Below the pieces are notes generated by a model. That model saw nothing but the letters and a program-made list of their open reading frames with translations. It was not told where the DNA came from and made no database searches. From Myxococcales bacterium (lineage in GTDB: Bacteria; Myxococcota_A; Polyangia; Polyangiales; Polyangiaceae), in the NCBI GenBank assembly GCA_043747615.1, contig JAYTOU010000052.1:26938-90937 (forward strand): DNA of 64,000 bases, given 5' to 3'. A program made the translations under genes and the position numbers. Below are positions 1-9,271 of this stretch, one piece after another; position 1 is the first letter of the stretch; every line of letters starts with the position of its first letter.

Positions 1-328
1 GAATCAACGTTCTTCCACGGTTTGTTCACGACGGTCATACGTCTGATCCACGCATCTCTCTCCCCGAATACTTACCCAGAAGTCGTCTGGGCTTTGTGCG
101 GCTAGAGCGTGGTCCGAAGCGATAAAACCCCCGATCGATGCGGCGAAACAATGGGTAGCACCCGGATTTGTTGCTCCGCAAGGGGAAAAATAGCGTTTTG
201 TGCGCTTTGTCCATTCGCCGCCTGTGAAAAACTGCGGGTTTGGAGACAAAGGGAGACGCGTACCCCTTGTTTTTACTCACTCTTTTTGGCGAGCCCTCAT
301 CAGCCGATGAGCGTGGCCGGAAACGCGG

Positions 329-841
329 TTAGCCCTTGTTGATTCTCTTCTTTGTCTCCGCGCTTTCTCTTCTTCCGGCGCGACGGGCACGATTTCGTTC
401 GGCCGCAGCGCACAGACGGTCCGTCTCGGCACGCATGGCGCGATCCTTCGCAACGGTCTCGTGGTCCCATCCGAGCAGGTGGAGGAGGCCATGCGCGACG
501 AGCATCGTGACCTCGGACAGCGCGTCCACGCCCCGCTCTTTCGCCTGCCTCCGTGCCGTTGGAACGCTCACGATCACGTCGCCGAGAAGGTCTCCCGCGA
601 GCCCGGCAAACTCGCCTTCGCGCATGGCAAAAGCGAGAACGTCGGTCGGACGATCTTTTCCACGATAGATCTTGTTCAGCTCATGCACTTGATCGTCATT
701 GGTTAAGAGGAGTGATAGCTCAAACTTCTCTAATTGAAGGAGAGCAACCATCGCCTTCACGCGTCGCAAGATCTCCAGACGAGCGATGCCCGCTCTCTCG
801 CTCTTCGTGAGCCGCTCTTCAATCACCAACCGGACCGACAA
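329..841 (-). CDS. ybeY: rRNA maturation endoribonuclease YbeY
   Basis: LNKIYRGKDRPTDVLAF and HGLLHLLGWDH zinc-binding motifs; TTG start 1 nt after the tal stop. Confidence 0.93.
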   Translation of the reverse strand: MSVRLVIEERLTKSERAGIARLEILRRVKAMVALLQLEKFELSLLLTNDDQVHELNKIYRGKDRPTDVLAFAMREGEFAGLAGDLLGDVIVSVPTARRQAKERGVDALSEVTMLVAHGLLHLLGWDHETVAKDRAMRAETDRLCAAAERNRARRAGRRESAETKKRINKG

Positions 842-842
842 A

Positions 843-1496
843 CTATTTGGCTTTCTCGGCGTTCTTCTTGGCGTCCGCGAGGAATTTTTCGAGGCCCGAA
901 TCGGTGAGCGGGTGCTTGATCAGCATCCTCAGGATCGCCGCCGGAACGGTCGCGCAGTGCGAGCCAAGCATCGCCGCTTGCACCACCTGGTACGGGCTGC
1001 GGACGCTCGCGGAGAGGACCTGCGTCTCGAACTTGAAGTTCTCGTAGATGGTCATGATCTGCGAGATGAGCTCCATGCCGTCGTGGGACGTATCGTCGAT
1101 TCGGCCGAGAAAGGGCGAGATATACGTGGCGCCTGCCTTCGCCGCGAGGAGGGCCTGCGCCGCGCTGAAGCACAGGGTGACGTTCGTCTTCACACCTTCC
1201 TTCGTGAAGGTCTTTACGGCGCGCAGGCCGTCGGCGATCAGCGGCACTTTCACGACCACGTTCTTGTGGAGCTTGGCGAGGGAGCGGCCTTCCTTGAGAA
1301 TTTCTTCATACGCGATCGCCACGACTTCGGCAGACACTGGCCCGTCGACGATCTCGCAGATCTCGGGGATTGCGGTCTCGATCTTGCGCCCGACCTTGGC
1401 CAGAAGGCTGGGATTCGTGGTGCACCCGTCGATGATCCCGAGGCCCGCGAGCTCTTTGATTTCCGCCAGGTCTGCGCTGTCGATGAAGAGTTTCAT
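843..1496 (-). CDS. tal: Transaldolase / fructose-6-phosphate aldolase family protein
   Basis: [23 protein letters not shown] (Schiff-base Lys), [18 protein letters not shown] upstream. Confidence 0.92.
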   Translation of the reverse strand: MKLFIDSADLAEIKELAGLGIIDGCTTNPSLLAKVGRKIETAIPEICEIVDGPVSAEVVAIAYEEILKEGRSLAKLHKNVVVKVPLIADGLRAVKTFTKEGVKTNVTLCFSAAQALLAAKAGATYISPFLGRIDDTSHDGMELISQIMTIYENFKFETQVLSASVRSPYQVVQAAMLGSHCATVPAAILRMLIKHPLTDSGLEKFLADAKKNAEKAK

Positions 1497-1583
1497 GGTA
1501 GGTATTCTCCCGGTGGAATATGGGCGATCGCTATCACCGACCGCCAGCCCTTTCGGGTGCTATCTGTGCAGCCGACGCTTGCG

Positions 1584-2336
1584 ATGAAGCCTTTGAATTT
1601 TTGCGTGGTTGTGCCGGCTTACCAAGCGCGAGCGAAGATTCGCCCAGTGCTGGAGGAGCTCCGTGATCAGTTCCCGGAGCTCTCTCCCGACAAGCTCATC
1701 GTCGTCGATGACGGGTCGCGCGATGGCACGGCTGAGGAGGCGAAGCGCTGCGGAGCGACCGTCGTGGTTCACGCACGAAACCGCGGAAAAGGTGCGGCTC
1801 TCGTCACTGGGCTCGAGGAGGCTCGAGCGCGCGGCTTCGAAGCGGCGCTCACCGTCGACGCCGACGCGCAACATCCTGCTGCCTCTGCCCGTGTAGTGCT
1901 CGAAGCGTCGGACGATCCGCTGGCCCTCGTCCTCGGCGTCCGCGATCTCCTTCGGGATGGGGCGCCCCGAAAAAACCGCTTCTCGAACGGCATCTCGAAT
2001 TACTTTCTCTCCCGCTTCACAGGGCAGCACCTCGCAGACACCCAGTGCGGGCTTCGTCGCTACCCGGTAGAGGCCACCCTGGCCCTCGGCGCGCATGCAA
2101 AGGGCTACGCTTACGAGGCGGAGGTGATCCTCCTCTTTGCGGCGTCGGGCCTGCCCATCGTGCAAGCGTCGATCGAGGTCATCTATCCGCCAAAGGAAGA
2201 GCGGGTCACGCATTTCGACTCTGTGCGCGATCCGGCGCGGATTATCGGGGTCGTCCTTCGTACGGTTTTGGGCCAAAAATTGCGTCGAATGCGGGCGCCG
2301 GTCGTCCAACGTAGAAAGCCGGGGAACACGCGTTGA
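1584..2336 (+). CDS. Glycosyltransferase family 2
   Basis: VVVPAY, IVVDDGSRD, NRGKGAAL, DADAQH, DTQCGLR. Start set at ATG 1584; the longer 786 ORF overlaps tal antisense. Confidence 0.88.
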   Translation: MKPLNFCVVVPAYQARAKIRPVLEELRDQFPELSPDKLIVVDDGSRDGTAEEAKRCGATVVVHARNRGKGAALVTGLEEARARGFEAALTVDADAQHPAASARVVLEASDDPLALVLGVRDLLRDGAPRKNRFSNGISNYFLSRFTGQHLADTQCGLRRYPVEATLALGAHAKGYAYEAEVILLFAASGLPIVQASIEVIYPPKEERVTHFDSVRDPARIIGVVLRTVLGQKLRRMRAPVVQRRKPGNTR

Positions 2337-3799
2337 GCTTCCTCCATCGACATAAGAAGAAACTCGCGCTCCTGGTCGGGCTCATTCTTTTGGGCCCACT
2401 CGGTCACGAGGTCATCTCCATCACCACGCTGATCACGCCACCCGAAGTGAGACTTGCAGAGACGCTCCAGAGAATGCCGACGACCGATGGTGCCGATGGC
2501 ATCCGTCGCGTGGGGCGCAACTACACCCGCGTCCGCGCAAAGCTTCGCGAGGTCTACCTCACGGGAAGCCCGGAGCAGATCGGGACGGCTCATGCGCGCC
2601 TCCTCCGCGAACGCATGGTGGCGAACGAGAAGGACGTCTGGGACGACTTCGAGCGCCTCGTCCCCTTCTCGCCTGCGCGTCTCCTTCTCACCGACTTGAG
2701 CAGGGTCCGTTACCGACACGTCGACCAAGGATTTCCCGAGCCACGGCGCCGCGAGCTTGCTGCGCAGGCCCAGGCTTTTCAGCCCGATCCGTACGCGTTT
2801 CACATGGCGACGTACGAGCGCATGGTGTTCCTTCATTCTCTCTACGACATCGCGCTCAGCTTCGAGCACTCGCCGCTCCTCGGTTGCTCCGCGTTCGGCT
2901 TGGGCGCGAGCGCGACGCGCGATCATCACGTTCTTCTGGCGCGCGCATTCGACTTCGAGGCCGGCGAGGTCTTCGATCGCGACAAAGCCGTCTTCTTCGT
3001 CGCCGAGGACGGATCGATACCCTTCGCTAGCGTCGCATGGCCAGGCCTCGTCGGCGTCATGAGCGGAATGAACCTCGAAGGCGTGGCGCTGATCGTGAAT
3101 GGCGGTCGCGCGGGGGAGCCGCAGACAACAGGAGAACCCGTGATTTTTGCGCTCCGAGAGGTGCTCTCGCGCGCGCACGACACGGCAGAGGCCATCGCGA
3201 TCCTCGTCTCGCAAGTTTCGATGGTCTCGCACATCGTCTTCGTCGCCGATGCCAGCGGTCGGTTCGCGGTGGTGGAGCGTGCTCCCGGGAAGGAAGCCTT
3301 CGTCCGGCAAGAGTGGACAGACCCGGCTCGGGTGGCGGTCACCAATCACTTCGAGGCTGGATTCAAGGACGACCCAAAAAATATTGCGGTTCGACAGACC
3401 ACCACCACGCTTCCGCGCCGGGCTCGCCTCGACGAGCTGCTCGCCACGGTGAAGCCCGAGGAGGGGAGCGTGGAGCGCGCCGTTGCCATGTTGCGCGATC
3501 ACACGTGCGCCGAGGGAAAGGCGTGCGAGCTCGGCGATCGACGGACGATTGACGCCATGATTGCTACCCACGGGATCGTCGCCGACACCACCGAGCGTGC
3601 CCTGTGGGTGAGCGCGGGGCCGCATCTCTCGGGAAAATTCGTACGTTTCGATCTGCGCTCTATTTTCGCAGCGGATCACGATCCCGCGCGCGACGAAGAA
3701 CCGAAGGTCATCGCCGAAGATCCGATCCTCTTCGACGGACGATTCGAAGCGGGGAAGGCGCACGCCGGAAAAATGCGAGTGGGGGGCGACGCTCCATGA
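2333..3799 (+). CDS. C45 family (Ntn-hydrolase) autoproteolytic acyltransferase/hydrolase, N-terminally anchored
   Basis: G|CSAF autocleavage site with nucleophilic Cys, LLARAFDF, SGMNLEG, TNHF; hydrophobic N-terminus; TTGA overlap with the GT2 stop. Confidence 0.82.
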   Translation: MSFLHRHKKKLALLVGLILLGPLGHEVISITTLITPPEVRLAETLQRMPTTDGADGIRRVGRNYTRVRAKLREVYLTGSPEQIGTAHARLLRERMVANEKDVWDDFERLVPFSPARLLLTDLSRVRYRHVDQGFPEPRRRELAAQAQAFQPDPYAFHMATYERMVFLHSLYDIALSFEHSPLLGCSAFGLGASATRDHHVLLARAFDFEAGEVFDRDKAVFFVAEDGSIPFASVAWPGLVGVMSGMNLEGVALIVNGGRAGEPQTTGEPVIFALREVLSRAHDTAEAIAILVSQVSMVSHIVFVADASGRFAVVERAPGKEAFVRQEWTDPARVAVTNHFEAGFKDDPKNIAVRQTTTTLPRRARLDELLATVKPEEGSVERAVAMLRDHTCAEGKACELGDRRTIDAMIATHGIVADTTERALWVSAGPHLSGKFVRFDLRSIFAADHDPARDEEPKVIAEDPILFDGRFEAGKAHAGKMRVGGDAP

Positions 3800-4461
3800 G
3801 ACCGACCAGGCGCGATCTCCTCCTCGGCACCGTGGCGACGGCGGGGCTCCTCCTCACGCGCGGCGCACGCGCCGACGCCGATCCCATGGCTGCAGACATG
3901 GAAGCCCTCTTGAAGGAGATCGCGCAAGCGCGCGGAGGCCTCCGCACCCTCGTCGGTCCATTTACCCAGGAACGCACGATCGGCCTTCTTTCCGCTAAGA
4001 TTCGCTCGACGGGAACGCTCACTTTGGTCCGCCCCGACCGCCTCCGCTGGGAGCTCGCGCCCCCCGATGACGTCGTCTACTGGATTGGCCCGGAAGGGGT
4101 GGCCTATCGAAGCGCGCATGGGCAAGGGCGTCTGCCGACGACGAGCGGGCGAATCGCGGCGGCGCTCGACGACATCCGCGTCCTACTGGGAGGAGATCTC
4201 TCGAAGCTCCGCGCACGCTACGACCTGCGCCTCGTATCGCGCGAGGGATCGCGTGAGCCGGGGAGTCCGGTCTTCGAGGCCACGCCGCGCGCAGGTTCGG
4301 GGACGAAGGTCGATCGGCTGACGTTCGCGCTCGCGCCGGATCTCGTCAGCCCCCGCCGCGCAATCATGATCGAAGGCCCAAAAGACAAAACCGAGATCGA
4401 ATTCGGGGCCCTGGCTCGTGACGTTGTCGTCGAGCCCGCCCGTATGCGCCCGCCTTTCTGA
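3796..4461 (+). CDS. LolA-like outer-membrane lipoprotein carrier protein, Tat signal
   Basis: TRRDLL twin-arginine signal; FTQERTI...STGTLTLVRPDRLRWE LolA pattern; ATGA overlap with the C45 gene. Confidence 0.75.
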   Translation: MRPTRRDLLLGTVATAGLLLTRGARADADPMAADMEALLKEIAQARGGLRTLVGPFTQERTIGLLSAKIRSTGTLTLVRPDRLRWELAPPDDVVYWIGPEGVAYRSAHGQGRLPTTSGRIAAALDDIRVLLGGDLSKLRARYDLRLVSREGSREPGSPVFEATPRAGSGTKVDRLTFALAPDLVSPRRAIMIEGPKDKTEIEFGALARDVVVEPARMRPPF

Positions 4462-4542
4462 GTCTAAAAAGTTGGCCCTCTCGGGCGCATCACTCGAATC
4501 TCCGAGGCGTACCTAGATGTCGGTGTGCCTGGGAGGAATTTC

Positions 4543-4911
4543 ATGAGCGAGCAAGCGACCGCGGTCCAGGAAGAAGAAAATTTTGGCGGCCCCGAGCGAC
4601 GGCGCCATCGCGTGTATGTTACACGCAACACCGAATACCATTTCCGCGACGGGTTCTGCGTCGCCGTGCGGGATCGCCGGACCGGCGAGTTTCTCCACGG
4701 GCACCTCGCGCTGCGCCGGCGAATCCACGGCGGTCTGCGCTTTTTCCTGAACGGCGCGATCGTCCCGAACGCAGGTGAGCCGCGCACGGGCGAAGCCATC
4801 TATTTCGCGTACGATGGGCGGGATCTCGTGACCAGCCCGCTCGAAACCGTGGAACGCCCGGCCAAAGACGTGGTCGCCGCGTACCCTTCGGTTTCGACGA
4901 AGAAGAAATGA
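4543..4911 (+). CDS. Small hypothetical cytoplasmic protein
   Basis: Strong GGGAGGA SD before ATG 4543; ERRRHRVYVTRNTEYHFRDG beta-rich sequence; fills the gap between genes. Confidence 0.7.
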   Translation: MSEQATAVQEEENFGGPERRRHRVYVTRNTEYHFRDGFCVAVRDRRTGEFLHGHLALRRRIHGGLRFFLNGAIVPNAGEPRTGEAIYFAYDGRDLVTSPLETVERPAKDVVAAYPSVSTKKK

Positions 4912-4942
4912 GGATCTAATTCAAGTAGGCTTCGAGCTGAAG

Positions 4943-5551
4943 ATGCTTGTCGTTCCGTCACGCGTCGAGCTCCGCGTCCGGCCACTGGAGACGCACCGGC
5001 TCCGCTTGTCGCCGATCGAAGCGGCGGACGCCCACGATCTGTGGGTCGCCGTCGAAGGCTCACGCGCGCAGCTCGAACCGTGGTTGGCGTGGGTCCCCTT
5101 CAACGCCGACGAAGACGCGAGCTACCGTTACGCGGACGCCAGCGCCATCGACTGGGACAACGCGCGGGCGTGCCGCTTCACCATTCGCGACCGCACCAGT
5201 CGAAAATTTCTGGGCGTCATCGGGCTCGAGTCGTTCGCCCACCTTCACCAGAGCGTAGAGCTCGGCTACTGGCTGCGCACCGACATGACCCGTCGCGGTT
5301 ACATGACCGAGGCGGCGCACGTGGTCATCAGCTGGGCGTTTCACAGTCTCAATGCGCATCGCATTCGGGTGGCCGCCGCGACGGGGAACCAGCCCTCGCT
5401 CGCCGTGATCCGTCGCCTCGGATTCCACTTCGAAGGAGTCGCGCGCGAGGCCGAGCGATGCAGCGGACGGTGGCTGGATCACGCTGTTTTTGCGCTCCTC
5501 ACGACAGATCCACGGCTCGAGCCTAAAGTTTTGTCGGGAGAGACCGTCTAG
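4943..5551 (+). CDS. GNAT family N-acetyltransferase (RimJ/RimL-like)
   Basis: LETHRLRL, ELGYWL, RRGYMTEA, NQPSLAVIRRLGFHFEG. Confidence 0.88.
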   Translation: MLVVPSRVELRVRPLETHRLRLSPIEAADAHDLWVAVEGSRAQLEPWLAWVPFNADEDASYRYADASAIDWDNARACRFTIRDRTSRKFLGVIGLESFAHLHQSVELGYWLRTDMTRRGYMTEAAHVVISWAFHSLNAHRIRVAAATGNQPSLAVIRRLGFHFEGVAREAERCSGRWLDHAVFALLTTDPRLEPKVLSGETV

Positions 5552-6693
5552 TGGCGGTGCGGCGTTCCTTATCAATGGCAGTGAGCGGCGCGCTGCTAAC
5601 TGGACTGACGAGCAGCGCGCAGGCCGAGATCCCCCGGCTTCACGGAGCGGGCGGCGTCGCCCACGCGGTCGGCAGCCCGCAGTCGAGTGAGCTCGCTTGG
5701 GGTGCGGCGGGAACTCTCGCCCTCGAGTTGCCGCTGGGAAAAGCGTTCGGAGCGCAAGCCGAGCTCGGCGTGATCGGCCTCGCAAAGGGCGACAGTCCGG
5801 CGGACAAGACGCTCGCCGCGCGAAGCACCGCAGCGGTTCTCACCGGAATGATCGGTTTCCGTGCGCAGCCTGCTTACGCGGGAATTTGGCTCGATTTGAA
5901 CGGAGGCTTCGGCAACACGGGAGGCCACAACCGCTTCGCGTTCGACGCGCACATTGGGTACGACTTCGTGGTGGGTGGCGCGCGCGTGTGGCAGGTGGGG
6001 CCGGTCCTCGGCTACGTGCAACTCGTCCAACCGAACGACACGCTCCGTCCCGAAGACGGACGCGTGCTTTGGCTCGGGGTTCACCTCGCCTTCGGGAAGC
6101 GTCCCAGTGATGCGTCGCAGGTACGTGAACCGACCGCCGAGCCTTCGAAGCCCGCCGCCGTAGTCGTCCCGACTCCGCCACCCGTCATCGTGCGCGCCGA
6201 TCGTGACAAAGACACGGTCTTCGATGATGAAGACGCGTGCCCCGACGTGCCCGGCGTCCGCAGCTCGGACCCCAAGGCGAGCGGGTGCCCCGCCCCGTCC
6301 GAGTCGGTGCGGATGGAAGGTGCGCTCATCATTCTCGACGACGTCATTCACTTTGAGGTCGACAGCCCGCGCGTGCGACACGCCAGCTGGGACGCCGTGA
6401 AGAAAGTGGCGACCTTCATCAATGCCACGCCCGACATCACGGAGATCAACGTTGAAGGCCACGCCGACGAGTCTGGGACGAGCGAGCACAACCTCGTTCT
6501 TTCCGGCCAGCGCTCCGAGAGCGTCAAGCAGCTCCTCGTGCGCTTCGGGGTCGACGCAGCTCGATTGACGACACGCGCCTTCGGTGCGGATCGTCCGCGG
6601 GCAAGCGGGCACACCGAGCTCGAGCTGCGACAGAATCGCCGGGTCGAATTCATCGTCGTGCGGTCTCGACAGACCGAGGGAGCGGCAAAATGA
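5551..6693 (+). CDS. OmpA-family protein: beta-barrel, thrombospondin type-3-like repeat and peptidoglycan-binding domain
   Basis: Signal peptide; amphipathic beta strands; DRDKDTVFDDEDACPD; VEGHADESG...NLVLSGQRSESV...NRRVEF. Alternative start ATG 5575. Confidence 0.88.
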   Translation: MAVRRSLSMAVSGALLTGLTSSAQAEIPRLHGAGGVAHAVGSPQSSELAWGAAGTLALELPLGKAFGAQAELGVIGLAKGDSPADKTLAARSTAAVLTGMIGFRAQPAYAGIWLDLNGGFGNTGGHNRFAFDAHIGYDFVVGGARVWQVGPVLGYVQLVQPNDTLRPEDGRVLWLGVHLAFGKRPSDASQVREPTAEPSKPAAVVVPTPPPVIVRADRDKDTVFDDEDACPDVPGVRSSDPKASGCPAPSESVRMEGALIILDDVIHFEVDSPRVRHASWDAVKKVATFINATPDITEINVEGHADESGTSEHNLVLSGQRSESVKQLLVRFGVDAARLTTRAFGADRPRASGHTELELRQNRRVEFIVVRSRQTEGAAK

Positions 6694-7964
6694 GCACACG
6701 CAAGATGCTGGCGTCCATCCTCGCGTTTGGCGTCGGAAGCGCGACGATCGCCGCGGGGTGCGGAAATTCAGACAACTCGTTGGTCGGCGGATCGTGTGCT
6801 GGGAGCTACACCGAATGCTCGCTCCGCTGCGTCGACATTCAGACCGACCCCGACAACTGCGGCGCGTGCGGCGTCGTCTGCAAGCAAGGCGGCTGCACCC
6901 GCGGTGTGTGCAGCGAAGACGCTGACGCATCGAGCGATGCCACGAGCGACGGAGCGAGCGATGGATCGACGGACAGATCGCTCGACAGTAACGGCGGCGA
7001 GAGCGACGGTGCTACGAACGACGGCACGGCCACCGACACGGGCGTCGCGGACTCCTGCGCCCCGCCCTACGACACGGCGAGCCATTGCGGCGATTGTTTC
7101 ACCGCCTGCTCGGGGACGAACGACACGTGCACGGTCACCGACGGGGGCGCGTTCGCCTGTGCACCGATGTGCGCTCTGCCGACGACGAGCTGCGGCGGCG
7201 TTTGCGTCAACGAGAACAGCGACCCGGACAACTGCGGTGCCTGCGCGCGCGTCTGTGCTTCGAGCATCTGCATGGCTGGCGTCTGCCAGGGCTCGGCAAA
7301 CGGAGACATCGTCTACATCGGGCATGACTACTCGGGTACGCCCTTTGGAACCTCGCAAGCGCGCGAGCTCTCGAACGCCGTATTTTTGGGCGCTTTCAAC
7401 CCGATTCGTATTCTATCGTTCGAGAAATTTTCCGCTCCGAGCGCTGTAGCAAAGGCGAAGAGCGTCATCACTCAAGCCGCAATGGCGAGCGGCCGCACGA
7501 TTGCCTTCACCGTGTCCACGACGGCAGCAGACATCCCAACGAACCTCGTCGTAGCCAATTACGACGTGCTCCTCGTCTACGATCAGGTGGCTGCACCTTC
7601 GGGGACGCTCGCTCCGATGGGCGCAAGTTGGCACGCGACTCTCACCACGTTCACGCACCTCGGGGGCGTGTTCATCACGCTCGACGGAGACACGACGGTC
7701 GACGGCGGCGCCGGGGGAGAGATGCCTCTCTTCGAGACCGCGACAGGTCAGTTGATTGTCGCGTCTCACTCCGCGATGCCCATCGGCGCGCTCATGACGG
7801 TGACCGCACCCTCCGACGCCGTCGGCACCACCGTCGTCTCCCCCTACGCTGCGCGGAAAAATTCTGCGCATTTCATCACAGAGGCAAACGGTGGCGGCGT
7901 CGTGTACGTAGCCGTCGATCAGGCCTCGACCGAGCCCGTCGTCGTCCACAAGATCGCGCCCTAG
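6690..7964 (+). CDS. Cys-rich repeat lipoprotein (myxobacterial DPDNCGAC-type repeats)
   Basis: Lipobox AAGC; repeats CVDIQTDPDNCGACGVVC and CVNENSDPDNCGACARVC; Asp/Ser/Gly linker; C-terminal alpha/beta domain. Confidence 0.8.
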   Translation: MSTRKMLASILAFGVGSATIAAGCGNSDNSLVGGSCAGSYTECSLRCVDIQTDPDNCGACGVVCKQGGCTRGVCSEDADASSDATSDGASDGSTDRSLDSNGGESDGATNDGTATDTGVADSCAPPYDTASHCGDCFTACSGTNDTCTVTDGGAFACAPMCALPTTSCGGVCVNENSDPDNCGACARVCASSICMAGVCQGSANGDIVYIGHDYSGTPFGTSQARELSNAVFLGAFNPIRILSFEKFSAPSAVAKAKSVITQAAMASGRTIAFTVSTTAADIPTNLVVANYDVLLVYDQVAAPSGTLAPMGASWHATLTTFTHLGGVFITLDGDTTVDGGAGGEMPLFETATGQLIVASHSAMPIGALMTVTAPSDAVGTTVVSPYAARKNSAHFITEANGGGVVYVAVDQASTEPVVVHKIAP

Positions 7965-7987
7965 TCCGACCATCGGAAAGATGTGGG

Positions 7988-8893
7988 CTAGTTGGCCTTG
8001 GAGATTCGGTAGGTATCGATGATCGCGCGGACCCGGGGGAGGCCTTCGACGCTCCGCGATCCGTACCAGCACAGGTCTTTTCCGCCGGTGCGCACGATGG
8101 CGTCACGCTTGGCGGCGGGCGTCTCCTGCGCGCGAAACACGTCGGCGTCGGCGTCGCTGAACGGGTGTGGCTCGTCGGGCAGCAAGATGAGCTCGGGCGA
8201 GCGCGCGTTCACCTCGTCCATCGTCACCCGCGGGTAGCGCACGTCTCGCTCGCCGATTCTTTCTTTGGAGAGAGGCTTGGCTTGCCCGAGATCGGCGGCC
8301 AGAGGATAGCGCCTCTCGCGGTCGGCAAAAATGTTCTGCGCGCCCGCGAGGTCGAGCATGTCGCTGATGAACGTCGCGCCGTGAATGGTCATCAGCGGCT
8401 CCATCCAAATCGGGCAAAACGTGGCGAGCGGGGTGATCGTCGCGCGCAGAGCCTCGGCCTCGCGGAGCATCTCGTAGCCCTGCTTGCAGAGCAGGACGAC
8501 GCGCGGATCTTTGTGAACTTGAAAGATGCGCGCCAGCTTCGCGAGGTGAGCGATTCCGTCGGCGACACGCTTCGGAAAAGCCACGTAGATGCGAATGCCG
8601 CGCTGGGCGAGAGTCTCGAGGTCCGAGCGGGTGTTCTCCTCTTGATTGGCCACCACGAGATCGGGCGAGAGATCGCAGATCGCATCCAGGCTAGGATTCT
8701 TGGTGCCCCCGACGCTCGCAACGCGCGAGGCGACCTCGGCTGGGAGCTCGCAGTAATCGGTGCGACCGACGAGCGCGGCGCCGCATCCCAGGTCGGCGAT
8801 GCTCAGGGTGTCGCTGGGAACGAGCGAGACCACCCGGCAAGGCGCGGGTCCAAAAACGAGCTCTCTCCCTCGGTCATCGCGGACCTTGTGCAT
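7988..8893 (-). CDS. Helical-backbone metal receptor / BtuF-like cobalamin or iron-chelate binding protein
   Basis: RVVSLVPS, LVGRTDYC, VGGTKNP, PDLVVANQEEN, PDEPHPF, WYGSR; GAGG SD. Confidence 0.85.
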   Translation of the reverse strand: MHKVRDDRGRELVFGPAPCRVVSLVPSDTLSIADLGCGAALVGRTDYCELPAEVASRVASVGGTKNPSLDAICDLSPDLVVANQEENTRSDLETLAQRGIRIYVAFPKRVADGIAHLAKLARIFQVHKDPRVVLLCKQGYEMLREAEALRATITPLATFCPIWMEPLMTIHGATFISDMLDLAGAQNIFADRERRYPLAADLGQAKPLSKERIGERDVRYPRVTMDEVNARSPELILLPDEPHPFSDADADVFRAQETPAAKRDAIVRTGGKDLCWYGSRSVEGLPRVRAIIDTYRISKAN

Positions 8894-8904
8894 GTCGGCG
8901 CCTC

Positions 8905-9246
8905 TTACTCTGCTGGCGCGTGGTAGGGCGCTGGAGGGCCACCGTCCGCATGCACTCCGATGCGAACAGCGCAGTCGGCCCACACGTCGTCACCGCAGCC
9001 AACCTTCGAGTTCGTCTTGGCAACGCAGGCAACGATGTGCGGCCCCTCGTGCTCCACGAGGCGGTCGAGGACGAAGCGGCATCCGCGCTCGCAGTCGTGC
9101 TCGGTGCAGTACGTCGACGCTTTTTCGTTGCACTGACGGTTGCACCCCACCTCGGGATAACCCGGTGGCTCGCCAACGCGGCACGCCGCAAAGAGCGCAT
9201 AAAGCAGGGCCGCGGAGAGCACGGTGAGCGCAGCGCGCGGACGCAT
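8905..9246 (-). CDS. Small Cys-rich lipoprotein, hypothetical
   Basis: Lipobox FAAC followed by eight more Cys; TATAGG 7 nt upstream of ATG 9246. Confidence 0.65.
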   Translation of the reverse strand: MRPRAALTVLSAALLYALFAACRVGEPPGYPEVGCNRQCNEKASTYCTEHDCERGCRFVLDRLVEHEGPHIVACVAKTNSKVGCGDDVWADCAVRIGVHADGGPPAPYHAPAE

Positions 9247-9271
9247 CACGCGACCTATACCATGTTCGCCG

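Noticed and set aside
786..1583. N-terminal extension of the 516-aa ORF suggesting a fused GT2
   Set aside because: It is the antisense shadow of tal; GT2 motifs begin only after ATG 1584
2183..3763. Long antisense ORFs (also 21169-23316, 29266-31398, 51348-52886, 55664-57190, 57147-58685)
   Set aside because: They overlap well-supported genes, have Arg-rich low-information translations, and are expected in high-GC DNA
8894..8990. Cobalamin riboswitch before the BtuF-like gene
   Set aside because: The intergenic gap is only 11 nt and no B12-box is visible
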